DNA of 64,000 nucleotides from an uncultured delta proteobacterium. Its GTDB lineage: Bacteria; Desulfobacterota; BSN033; UBA1163. The translations under genes and the position numbers were made by a program. The notes beneath the pieces were generated by a model that ran no database searches, had not been told where the DNA came from, and worked only from the letters and a program-made list of their open reading frames with translations. Location: assembly GCA_963708295.1 (NCBI GenBank), contig CAVPSJ010000017.1, positions 288,001 through 352,000 on the forward strand, read 5' to 3'. Shown here one piece after another: positions 30,564 to 40,383 of this stretch (position 1 is the stretch's first letter; each line of letters starts with the position of its first letter).

Positions 30564-30579
30564 AGCAATAGTCGTGCCA
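30564..30579 (-). promoter_or_regulatory. Sigma54 (-24/-12) promoter
   Basis: Minus strand TGGCACGACTATTGCT, near-consensus. Confidence 0.8.
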
Positions 30580-30900
30580 GCCGAATAATGTTTGTAACAG
30601 ATTGAATTTACGTTAAATGTTGAGCTTTTCTTGAACAAAATCCCTCAAAACGGCTAATTCTTATATGTCTCATGACAATCTTGAACTGCCATTCCCCGGC
30701 CACTGACCGGGTTCAGAATGTCGAGGATCAAATGGGTGCTGAAGAATCAGTTCAAACATCTCAATTCTCAGAGGACGATGAAAACGTGTGTTCTCTTCGA
30801 TTTAATTGACAAGTAAAAAGTGCCGGTCTAGAATGTGAACGAGTGAAATCGGGCAAGTGCCCCCCGCGCCTTGCGGAAAAAGGGGAGGTATTCGAGCAAC

Positions 30901-33576
30901 ATGGCTGATATCAGGCGGATGTTCGATCCCAAAACAATCGCTCTCATTGGTGCAAGCGAGAGAGAGAACTCTACCGGTCGAAACCTGCTTCAGAACCTGT
31001 TGTCCACGAACGGCAGGGAAAGAACAATCTATCCCGTAAACCCAAACAGGAAGAGCGTCCTTAACCTGGAATGCTTTCCCAGTGTTTCTGCCCTACCGAG
31101 AGCCGTCGATCTTGCCGTGATCGTCTCTCCCGCTTCCACGGTCCCCTCGGCTGTCGAAGAATGCGCCAACGCCGGCGTGCAAGGCGTGCTGATCGTTTCC
31201 GGTGGTTTCAGGGAAGCCGGACCCGAGGGCGAGAAGCTTGAGCAAGAAGTAAGTGCGATCGCCAAGCGACATGGACTCAGGATCCTGGGGCCCAATAGTC
31301 TTGGCCTGGTGCGCCCCCACATTGGCTTGAATGCAACCCCATTGAAGACAAACCCGGAAAAAGGCAATATCGCCTTCATTTCGCAGAGCGGCGCATTTGG
31401 AAGGGCCTTGCTCGACTGGGGTATGGACGTGCACATGGGGTTTAGCATGTTTGCGTCGCTGGGCTCTATGATCGACATCGACTTCGGCGATCTGATTGAT
31501 TTTCTCGGACACGATACGCACACGCGCAGTATCATGCTTTACATAGAAGAGGAGGTCGGGGATGTCAAACAATTCGCGAGTGCAGCCCGGGGCTTCGCGC
31601 GCAACAAGCCGATTGTCGTTCTGAAGCCTCCCCGCCGTACGGCGCGAGCCAACCATGCCCTCTCTCACACGGGGCAGATGGCCACCCATGAGAGGGTCTA
31701 CGATGCGGTATTCAAAAGGGTCGGGGTCGTGAGGGTCAAATCTGCTGCCGATCTCTTTAACACGGCGGGCGTGCTTGAGGCCAGACACTTGCCCAAAGGC
31801 ACGAGGCTCATGATCATTACCAATGCATCGGGCCTGGGCGTCATGGCCACGAACGCGTTGAATGAAATCGGAGGACGACTGGCAAGGTGTTCGGAGGAGA
31901 ATGAGCAAAAATTCAGGGCCACTTTGCCCTCGTACTGGAAGCCAACAAATCCCATGGATATCCTGAGGGATGCAGATGTTGAGAGATATGAGCGCGTTGT
32001 CCGGATATGCCTTGCAGACTCCGGCGTGGACGGGGTTCTGGTCATTTTTACTGCGCAGGGTGCAGCCGAGCCAGATGAGCTCGCACGCGCCATTGTGCGG
32101 CTTGCCCGCGAAGCCTGGAAGCCCATCATCACAACGTGGGTGGGTGGAGGAGATGTCCAGCAGGCCCGAAAAATCTTTCTCGAGAACAACGTACCGACTT
32201 ATGTAACACCGGAAGAGGCGGTGAGGACCTACTTTTACATGTACAGCTACGAGCGGAACCTTGAACTCATGTATGAGACGCCGTCCGATCTTCCCGTTGA
32301 CCAGGCGCCTCCAAAGAACAACCTCAAAACTCTTATCCGGAGGGCTGCAGCCGCCGGCAGGACGGTTCTGACTGAGGAGGAGTCGAAGCGGTTTCTCATC
32401 AACTACGGTATCCCCACCGTCAAGACATACATGGCCCACACGCCCGAGCAAGGCGTCGGAGCGGCAAGGGCTTTGGGATACCCGTTGGTACTCAAAGTGG
32501 CCTCACCCGATATCACCTACAAGAGCGATGTCGGAGGGGTCATCACGGGCATCACCTCAGAGGAAGAGCTTCGGTCTGAATACGACCGCCTATTGAAACG
32601 GGTCACAGAGAATTGCCCGGACGCAACGATCACCGGCATCACCGTCCAGAAGATGATTGAGAAAATAGACTATGAAATCATCCTGGGTGCAAAAAAAGAT
32701 GAGGACTTTGGATCGGTCATCCTGTTTGGTATGGGTGGCACGAGTGTCGAGATATTCCAGGACTTCGGCGTGGAGCTGCCCCCGCTCAATCAGACCCTGG
32801 CGCGCAGACTGATGGAGGAGACGAAAGTCTACCGCCTGCTTAAAGGTTACAGAGGAAAACAACCCGCGGATCTCAAGAAGCTCGAGCAGATCATTGTGAG
32901 CTTCTCTAATATGATCATCGACTTCCCTGAAATCGCAGAGGTCGACATCAATCCGATCGCCATCACCGGCGGGACAGCATACGCTCTCGACGCACGGATC
33001 GTTATTGATAAGAACTGTCTCGAGTCCACCACACCCTATCCCCATCTCATTATCACACCGTATCCCACAAAATATGTGATGACCTGGAGGATGACGGACG
33101 GCACCGAGGTGCTCTTGCGGCCCATCAAGCCCGAAGATGAACCCATGGAGCACGAGATGCTCACCAGCCTGTCAGAAAAGACGCTGCGAGAGCGGTTTTT
33201 CCAGGCCATCAAGCACATCACGCACGAGATGCACATCCGCTTCTGCAACATAGACTATGACCGGGAAATGGCTATCGTCGCCGAACTCCGTGAAGGTGAA
33301 AAGAGAAGAATTCTCGGTATTGGTCGATTAATTATTGAACCTGAGGGAAAAAGCGGCGAGTTTGCCGTTGTCGTGCACGACGATTTTCACGGTAAAGGGC
33401 TGGGATACAAACTCGTTGACATGATGATCGGCATTGCTCAGGAAAAGGGGCTGGAGGAGGTCTACGCTTTGGTTCAATCTGACAATACAAAGATGCTCAG
33501 CCTATGCCGAAAGCTAGGCTTCGCCATTGAGTTCTTGCCGGACAAATTAAGCAGAGTCAGCTTGCCATTAAACTGA
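30901..33576 (+). CDS. Acetate-CoA ligase-like / GNAT fusion (protein lysine acetyltransferase Pat family)
   Basis: IALIGAS, GPNSLG, ISQSGA, ATP-grasp region, C-terminal GNAT (LLRPIKPED...GKGLG); RBS GGAGG before ATG 30901. Confidence 0.92.
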   Translation: MADIRRMFDPKTIALIGASERENSTGRNLLQNLLSTNGRERTIYPVNPNRKSVLNLECFPSVSALPRAVDLAVIVSPASTVPSAVEECANAGVQGVLIVSGGFREAGPEGEKLEQEVSAIAKRHGLRILGPNSLGLVRPHIGLNATPLKTNPEKGNIAFISQSGAFGRALLDWGMDVHMGFSMFASLGSMIDIDFGDLIDFLGHDTHTRSIMLYIEEEVGDVKQFASAARGFARNKPIVVLKPPRRTARANHALSHTGQMATHERVYDAVFKRVGVVRVKSAADLFNTAGVLEARHLPKGTRLMIITNASGLGVMATNALNEIGGRLARCSEENEQKFRATLPSYWKPTNPMDILRDADVERYERVVRICLADSGVDGVLVIFTAQGAAEPDELARAIVRLAREAWKPIITTWVGGGDVQQARKIFLENNVPTYVTPEEAVRTYFYMYSYERNLELMYETPSDLPVDQAPPKNNLKTLIRRAAAAGRTVLTEEESKRFLINYGIPTVKTYMAHTPEQGVGAARALGYPLVLKVASPDITYKSDVGGVITGITSEEELRSEYDRLLKRVTENCPDATITGITVQKMIEKIDYEIILGAKKDEDFGSVILFGMGGTSVEIFQDFGVELPPLNQTLARRLMEETKVYRLLKGYRGKQPADLKKLEQIIVSFSNMIIDFPEIAEVDINPIAITGGTAYALDARIVIDKNCLESTTPYPHLIITPYPTKYVMTWRMTDGTEVLLRPIKPEDEPMEHEMLTSLSEKTLRERFFQAIKHITHEMHIRFCNIDYDREMAIVAELREGEKRRILGIGRLIIEPEGKSGEFAVVVHDDFHGKGLGYKLVDMMIGIAQEKGLEEVYALVQSDNTKMLSLCRKLGFAIEFLPDKLSRVSLPLN

Positions 33577-33666
33577 CATCGTCTTTTGACCCGTCATTCG
33601 GCAACTTGCCTTTGATAACGACAGGGACCGATCCTGCAATACCTTTAAAGCGGATCGGCTGTAAGG

Positions 33667-33696
33667 AAAAAGGGAGCCTGTTGGCTCCCTTTTTTT
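33667..33696. terminator. Bidirectional intrinsic terminator
   Basis: AAAAAGGGAGCC-TGTT-GGCTCCCTTTTTTT between convergent genes. Confidence 0.85.
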
Positions 33697-33708
33697 AGTT
33701 CACTCGGT

Positions 33709-34695
33709 CTATTTATTCAGCTTGCTTTTGAACTTTTCCAGCATCTTCGGCACGACCACCTTATAGTCGCCCACGATACCGATGTTTGCGTTCTTGAATA
33801 TGGGCGCCTCAGGGTCTTTGTTGATGGCCACGATGCAGTCCGATGTCCTCATACCCGCCAGGTGCTGGATGGCGCCGGAAATGGCGCAGGCGATGTAGAT
33901 TCTCGGCTTAACCGTCTTGCCGGTCTGTCCTACCTGGTGTTCGTACGGTATCCATCCGGAGTCGACGGCTGCACGGGATGCGCCCAGTGCTCCTCCCAGG
34001 GTGTCGGCCAGGTCCTTTAAAATCTTGAAGCCTTCGGGGCCGCCGGTGCCCCTGCCGCCCGATACGATGATATCGGCCTCAACCATGTTTACCGTGACCT
34101 GTGATTTGATGAACTCAAGGAACTTCGTATTCAGGTCTGCCTCGGCGACGGTAAAGGTTTCTTTTACCACCTCGCCCGATTTTGATGCATCCTTTTCAGG
34201 CATGGCAAATGCCTTTGGTCTCAGCGTTGCGATCTGCGGTTTCGCCTTTTCATTGACCACCGTCACCGAATAATTGCCGCCAAAAGCAGCCCTTGTGAGC
34301 TTTATTTGTCCGCCTTCTACCTTGATGCCGATACTGTCCGTGCAGAGCCCGATACCGAGATTTGCAGCGCTTGCCGCTGCCACGTCCGTGCCCTGACTCG
34401 TGGCCCTGAAAAGGGCGACTTCCGGTTTGTACTTGCCGAGGACAAAGCTTGACGCCTTTGAGTAAGCTTCCGCATTGAAAGTCTTAAAAATAGGCCCTTC
34501 TACGGCGTAGACTTTGGAGGCGCCACACTGAAAAGCCTCTTTCGCAGTATTCCCGACATTTTCACCGATGACAAAGGCGCATAGGCCGGAGCCGAGTCCA
34601 TTCGCCAGGGTCTTTCCGATGCCCAATAATTCGAAGGACATCGGTGTCGTTTCACCACCTTTGTGTTCTATATACACCCATACATCGTTAGCCAT
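33709..34695 (-). CDS. etfA: Electron transfer flavoprotein alpha subunit
   Basis: [39 protein letters not shown]. Confidence 0.97.
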   Translation of the reverse strand: MANDVWVYIEHKGGETTPMSFELLGIGKTLANGLGSGLCAFVIGENVGNTAKEAFQCGASKVYAVEGPIFKTFNAEAYSKASSFVLGKYKPEVALFRATSQGTDVAAASAANLGIGLCTDSIGIKVEGGQIKLTRAAFGGNYSVTVVNEKAKPQIATLRPKAFAMPEKDASKSGEVVKETFTVAEADLNTKFLEFIKSQVTVNMVEADIIVSGGRGTGGPEGFKILKDLADTLGGALGASRAAVDSGWIPYEHQVGQTGKTVKPRIYIACAISGAIQHLAGMRTSDCIVAINKDPEAPIFKNANIGIVGDYKVVVPKMLEKFKSKLNK

Positions 34696-34713
34696 TGTTC
34701 TCTCTCCTCCCGG

Positions 34714-35511
34714 TTATTTTATGACTTTCATGTCGATGAGTTTGTCGGTGACGATATTGGCAATATCTTCAAGCTCGCCTTTCAAGAGCTCTCCTGCTCC
34801 ACGGGGAGGGGGTACGGCGATCTCAACAACCTTTGTAGAGGCGCCGGCTGCACCGATCTTGCCCTTGTCCACCCCTAAGTCATCTGCATTCCACTGAGGG
34901 ATGGTCGCCTTAGCGGCTTTTTTGATACCCATGAGGTTCGGGAGCCGCGGCTCGTTGATGCCTTTGATAACGGCAACGACGGCAGGCAACTTTGCTTCTG
35001 TGACTTCGATGCCGCCTTCGATGGCCCTTTCAACGACGATCTTTTTATTCGCCGCATCGACCTGGCGTACTTTTGAAACGTACGTGAGAGGGCTCCAACC
35101 GAGGATGGCAGCCATTTCTGCGGCCACGACACCGGTATTGCCGTCGGTAGACTGTTTTCCGCAGAAAACAACATCCACGCCGCCAATTTTCTTAAGGGCA
35201 GCGGCAAGGACGGAAGCGGTTGCATAGGTGTCGGAACCTGCGAAGGCGTCATCGGTGCAGCGATGCACCTCATTGACCGTGAGCGCCAGGGCGTTCCTCA
35301 GGGCGTCGTTGGCCTTTTCGGGACCCATCGTAATGGCCACGATGTCTCCATCGTACTTTTCCCTTGTGAGTAAAGCCTCTTCCAGGGCAAACTCGTCAAA
35401 GGGGTTTGTGATGGGGTTCATGCCGTCTCTCTTGAGAGTACCTTTCGGGGTATCCCATTTGATTTCAGCTTCTGTGTCGGGAACCTGTTTGATACATACA
35501 GCGATTTTCAC
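34714..35511 (-). CDS. etfB: Electron transfer flavoprotein beta subunit
   Basis: MKIAVCIKQVPDT, NPFDEFALEEAL, GKQSTDGNTG, NEPR. Confidence 0.97.
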   Translation of the reverse strand: MKIAVCIKQVPDTEAEIKWDTPKGTLKRDGMNPITNPFDEFALEEALLTREKYDGDIVAITMGPEKANDALRNALALTVNEVHRCTDDAFAGSDTYATASVLAAALKKIGGVDVVFCGKQSTDGNTGVVAAEMAAILGWSPLTYVSKVRQVDAANKKIVVERAIEGGIEVTEAKLPAVVAVIKGINEPRLPNLMGIKKAAKATIPQWNADDLGVDKGKIGAAGASTKVVEIAVPPPRGAGELLKGELEDIANIVTDKLIDMKVIK

Positions 35512-35735
35512 AGTATCCTCCTTTTAGAGTATTATGATTCACCCACATAGGAGGTGGGTCTTCTCTTTTCAACGAATGCGGTCACAGCTTCTTTCTGGTC
35601 TTTCGTGGAGAATAAACAAGAACTCGCTTGGGGATGAATTGAATATAAGAAAGAGGGGGATAGTTTGTCAAGACAGGTCCGTTCAAAGAGATCCTGATAA
35701 ACTTTGAAATCCTCTTTTTCTCTTCCGAAGGAAGG

Positions 35736-37771
35736 TCACATGGACTGAACGACCAGTTCGCACAGGTCGTAGGCGGCCATGGTTTCTGTCTTCCCCTTCT
35801 CTTTGATCCCGTCAAAGAGCATGGTCAGACAATAAGGGCAGGCCGTCCCGATGAACTCGGCCTGGGTCGCAATGGCCTGATCGGTCCGCATCTGATTGAT
35901 CCGCGTCCCGATATGCTCCTCCATCCACATCCTTCCCCCGCCCGCCCCGCAGCAGAAGCTCTTCTTGTGATGCCGCTCCATCTCCACCAGCTTGAGCCCC
36001 GGGATGGCATGGAGTATCCTGCGGGGAGCCTCAAAGATCTGATTCGCCCTCCCCAGGTAACACGAATCGTGGTAGGTGATCACCTTGTCGATCGGTTTGG
36101 TCAGCTTCAGCTTTCCACTGGAGATCAGCGTCTTCTATGAATGGGACGTGGTGAATGACTTCAAACTCGCCGCCAAAGGAGGGATACTCGTTTTTCAACG
36201 TATGGAAGCAGTGGGGACAAATCGTCAGGATCTTCTTCACACCGTGTCCTTTCAGGATCCCGATGTTTGCCTCCGCCGTGGTCTGAAACAGGTATTCGTT
36301 CCCGATTCTCCGGGCCGGGTCCCCGCAGCACCCTTCCTCATTGCCCAGGATTCCAAACCGGATGCCGCTCGCCTGAAGGATCTTGACCATCGCCGTGGCA
36401 ACCTTCTGATTCCGGGCATCGAAGCTCCCCACACAGCCCACCCAGAACAGGACCTCCGGGTTTTCCACTTCGGTAATGGTTTTCACTCCCAACCCCTGGG
36501 CCCACTCCGCACGTGTCCCCCGGGCCGCCCCCCAGGGGTTGTTGCTCTTCTCCAGGTTCTTTAACGTCAATCGAACCTCGGAGGAGTATTTGGTCTCGAC
36601 CAGGACCAGGTAACGCCGAAGATCGATGTTGCGGATCACCTGCTCCACGTAGACCGGACAGGCCTCTTCGCAGGCCATACAGGCCGTGCAGGCCCAGAGC
36701 TCGTCCTCTCCCACCGTGGCTTCCATGATCGCCTCCGGCTTGCGCTGATCCGGAGCCGTGGCCAGTAGTTTCGGCCCCTCCCGCCTCAGATGGTCTTTCA
36801 GGTTCTGAGTCATCCGTCTCGGAGAAAGGGGCTTGCCCGTGAGATGAGCCGGGCAGACATCCTGGCATCTCCCGCAGTTGGTACACCCCTCAAGGTCTAA
36901 GAGCTGTTTCCACGTCAGCTCCGGGATCTCCCGGACCCCAAAGGTCTCTGCCTCTTCAAAGTCAGGAATGGGTAGCAACACCCCCTTGGGCTTGAGGTTA
37001 CGGAAGTAGACGTTGATGGGCGATAGGAAGAAGTGCTGAAGCGGGGTGCGGGTGATAAAGACATAGGCAAAGAATAAGAAGGCGGGAAGGGCATGGATCA
37101 GGACCCGGTGCCAGACCAGGAGCTCGTTCAGCGCATCGGTCGGAAGGATCAGAAAGAATCGGGACAGAGGGTAGCTCAAGGGAGCCCAACAGCTCCAGTC
37201 GGGAACCGCTCCGCCGATCACGGCAATCCGGTAACCCTTGATGAAGAAGCCGGTGATCAGAAGCACCACCCCCCAAAGATAGATCAACGTGTTGGTGGGT
37301 TTTGTCTCCAGGCGCGAGGGTTTGAGGATATACCTCCGGTAAACGGCCAGAAGCCCGCCAACAATCACCAGAATCCCCCCGATTTCTGAAACGAAGGAGG
37401 CGTACTCGAAGAGGACCTGCGGAGGAAGGGTCAGACCCACGGGGTATGAAAAGAGCCTCACGAATTTACCCAGGAAGATCAGAATGGCCCCCCAGAAGAT
37501 CAAGAAGTGCATGGAACCCGGGTAGAGCTCCTTCCAGAACCGGACGTGGCCGAAGGTCACGGCCACAAGGGTCTTGATCCGGGTGGCCCCGCTGATCGGA
37601 GCGGTTCTGCGCTTTCCCCAGATGCCAGAGCCGGTAGTGCCGCCACCAGAAGGCCAGGGCCGAGACCGCCAGAAGCCCGATGAAGAGTACGAGAAAACCG
37701 AGGATGATGGGCAAAAAGATTTTCAGGATGTACACTTCTTGACTTGTCCAGAAACGGGTTAGAGAATTCAT
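35736..37771 (-). CDS. Membrane-bound Fe-S oxidoreductase (FadF/HdrD-like, ETF:quinone oxidoreductase-type), split by two +1 frameshifts (~37590, ~36133)
   Basis: TM region with His residues, CTNCGRCQDVCP, CTACMACEEACP, two CCG domains; single-base corrections join the three ORFs. Confidence 0.85.
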
Positions 37772-37800
37772 TTTACCTTTCCCAGTCGTTCTTCAGATGA

Positions 37801-37990
37801 ATAGACATCCGATGAGGCCCACCCCCACCCCCTGAACCAAGTGAGGTTCAGGGCATTGTCCTGCACCCTACGTGGTGCAGGGCTTCCCCTCCCCCTGAAG
37901 GGGAGGGAAACCGTTGTGCTCCTTCCCCGAAGAGGAGGGAAATGCTTCTGTTCCTCCCCCTTCAAGGGGGAGGTCAGGAAGGGGATGGGG
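37801..37990. repeat. Composite REP-like palindromic element
   Basis: CCCTCCCCCTGAAGGGGAGGG hairpins with nested CCTGAACC..GGTTCAGG and CCTGCACC..GGTGCAGG; inverted near-identical copy at 62545-62703. Confidence 0.8.
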
Positions 37991-38037
37991 ATTTGCCGCA
38001 GCAGTATCATTATGTCTTCTCAATGACGGCCTCATGA

Positions 38038-38259
38038 TTAAGTTAACAAACGAGGATAGAAGGTAACCAAATGGGCAACAAAAAAGACCAATGCCAAACA
38101 GCCCATGATCATAAAGACCCAGCAGAGAAATGTCTTGTATTTCTCTTCCACCCCAAAGTCGAAGGCGGTCAGTTTCACCCCAAGGAAGAGCGACCCGATC
38201 ACCCCCATCAATACTATGATTTCTACAATCATCACCACTGGCCTTAATACGCTTCCCAT
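38038..38259 (-). CDS. Small two-TM membrane protein
   Basis: Two hydrophobic segments; RBS GAGG; operonic position. Confidence 0.7.
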   Translation of the reverse strand: MGSVLRPVVMIVEIIVLMGVIGSLFLGVKLTAFDFGVEEKYKTFLCWVFMIMGCLALVFFVAHLVTFYPRLLT

Positions 38260-38292
38260 CGTCGGTTCCTCAGAATAAAATCAGTTGTTAAG

Positions 38293-39492
38293 TCAAGCTG
38301 CCTTCTTCGCCGCCTCGGGTGCTTGCTGCGCACCTTCCGTGACTGGCAGCAGCTCCAGATTCTTTAGACCCACAAGAAATAACAGTCCCATCAGGGTAAA
38401 GATCCCGAGGGACATGAACGTCTCGATCGGAGTGATCGGAAAGGATCCTGCCATTCCCCAGATCCCCTCAATCTTCCCGGGATACAGAGGCAGGGGATAG
38501 GCCGTCCCGGGGACTACCAATGAAAACCTCTCTCCAAAGATGCCGATCACTACCAAGAACGCAGCTCCCAGCACTCCCTTCAGGTTCTTAGAGTATTTCG
38601 GATGAAGGAGGATGATCAGGGGTAAGAGATAGGCGAACCCCACCTGCAGGACCCAGAAGATCCAGGAGTAGGGCCCCGTCAAAAGCCAAACCGTAGCGTC
38701 CCGGTGGGGGGAGTAAAGATGGGTCAGTTTATCCACCAGGACCATCACCGCCAGAATCACAATCAAGATCCGGAGCAATCGACTCAAGGAGAAGATGAGC
38801 TCCTGGTTGAGATTCCTTCTGGTAAATTTAAAGACCGCCACCACCGCGATCATCAGCAGGGCCAGCCCCGAGACCATGGCCGCCGTCAGAAATTCAAAGG
38901 GCTTGATGGGCGAAAAGAAGATCGGCCGGGTGGCAATGAAACCGAAGATGGCCCCTGTGCCCATATGAACCAGAGCCGCCCAGCCAATGGCAATCTTCCC
39001 CATCAGCTTGATGAATTTATGCTTCTCAGCAAAGATCGCCCCAAGGTAAATCACCCCGATCAGAAAGTACCCTCCGTAGAGAATCCCGTTGACCGCAAAC
39101 ATGGAGCGCATGTTGTTTAAGACGAAGAACATAAAGAGACGCCAGGATTTCTCAGGCCTTCCGAGATCTAACGCAATCCCGATCATGGCCCCAAAGATAA
39201 GCACGATGGCCAGAAAGACCGCAAGCCTGGCGATGGGTCGATATTGTTCTTTCCCGAAGACATAGGTCAGGGAAGAAAGGATCAGAGAGCCCGCACTCAG
39301 CCCGATAAAGTAGATGGTGATCGTAATCGGCATGCCCCAGGGAATGATGCTGCTCGACCCAAGGACATGGTGGCCCGAGATGTAGCTCACCATAAAACAG
39401 ATAAACCCAATCGCAGAAAAAACCGCCAGCAGAACAAATAGAGTATAAAATTCTTTCGATTTACCCTCTATTTTCGAGAATGTTAATCCCAT
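38293..39492 (-). CDS. NrfD/PsrC family membrane anchor subunit
   Basis: PWGMPI..YFIGLSAG, DLGRPE, ~10 TM helices. Confidence 0.92.
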   Translation of the reverse strand: MGLTFSKIEGKSKEFYTLFVLLAVFSAIGFICFMVSYISGHHVLGSSSIIPWGMPITITIYFIGLSAGSLILSSLTYVFGKEQYRPIARLAVFLAIVLIFGAMIGIALDLGRPEKSWRLFMFFVLNNMRSMFAVNGILYGGYFLIGVIYLGAIFAEKHKFIKLMGKIAIGWAALVHMGTGAIFGFIATRPIFFSPIKPFEFLTAAMVSGLALLMIAVVAVFKFTRRNLNQELIFSLSRLLRILIVILAVMVLVDKLTHLYSPHRDATVWLLTGPYSWIFWVLQVGFAYLLPLIILLHPKYSKNLKGVLGAAFLVVIGIFGERFSLVVPGTAYPLPLYPGKIEGIWGMAGSFPITPIETFMSLGIFTLMGLLFLVGLKNLELLPVTEGAQQAPEAAKKAA

Positions 39493-39536
39493 GGGAACTC
39501 CCTCAATTCAAATCTTATTAATCGGTCCATCATTCA

Positions 39537-39603
39537 ATAGACATCCGATCAACCCCACCCACCCCCACCCCCACCCTTACCCTCCCCCTGAAGGGGAGGG
39601 AAA
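39537..39603. repeat. Short (un-nested) version of the REP-like element
   Basis: ATAGACATCCGAT...CCCCACCCTTACCCTCCCCCTGAAGGGGAGGG. Confidence 0.7.
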
Positions 39604-39612
39604 ACGTAATTC

Positions 39613-40299
39613 TCATTTCAAAAGGTAGTAGACTTTGGGTTTCGTATCCAGCTCCTCTCGAAGCCTGATCCATCCCCGTGAGGAGAGCAGCCGGGATACC
39701 TCAGAGCCCGTGTCGTCCAAGTCTCCAAATTTTCTGGCCTCCGCAGGGCATTCCTCCACACAGGCCGGAACCACCTCGGTCCCGATCTTTTTGCCCTCCT
39801 TGAGCGCTTGATCGATCCGATGAAAACAGAACGTGCATTTCTCCACCACCCCGTGGGTCCGGGTCGGAAACGGCCACTGACCCCAAACACCCCGATCCGG
39901 AGGCAGATCAGGACGATGATATTCCTTGTCCTCCTGCTCGATGCTGTTGAAGCTTCGCGCTCCATAAGGACAGGCAACGATACAGTATTTGCACCCGATA
40001 CAACGCCTGAAGTCCTGTACCACGATCCCGTCTTCCCGACGATACGTCGCCCTCGCCGGACAAACGGTGACGCACGGCGCATGCTCACACTGCATACACG
40101 GCATCGAGATCAGCTCGGTATTGACCCGGGGGTATTTCCCCGTGGTCGCCGCGATCACCTTGTTCCAAAAGATGTCTCTTCTCATCTTCTGCTCTTCCGG
40201 CGACCCATACGGAACGTTGTTTTCCACCTTACAGGCCGTCGAACAGGCCTGGCAGCCCGTGCATTTGTCCAGATCTATCACCATTCCCCATCTTGCCAT
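39613..40299 (-). CDS. 4Fe-4S dicluster subunit (NrfC/DmsB/ArrB-like)
   Basis: CTGCQAC...C, CMQCEHAPC...CP, CIGCKYC...CPY, KCTFC...PAC...CP. Confidence 0.95.
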   Translation of the reverse strand: MARWGMVIDLDKCTGCQACSTACKVENNVPYGSPEEQKMRRDIFWNKVIAATTGKYPRVNTELISMPCMQCEHAPCVTVCPARATYRREDGIVVQDFRRCIGCKYCIVACPYGARSFNSIEQEDKEYHRPDLPPDRGVWGQWPFPTRTHGVVEKCTFCFHRIDQALKEGKKIGTEVVPACVEECPAEARKFGDLDDTGSEVSRLLSSRGWIRLREELDTKPKVYYLLK

Positions 40300-40383
40300 G
40301 TTATCCCTCTACAGTCAGGTTTAGGTTTAGGTCGATGTTCAGATTTTTAATTTCTCAACCTTAAACTTAACCTTAACCTCAAC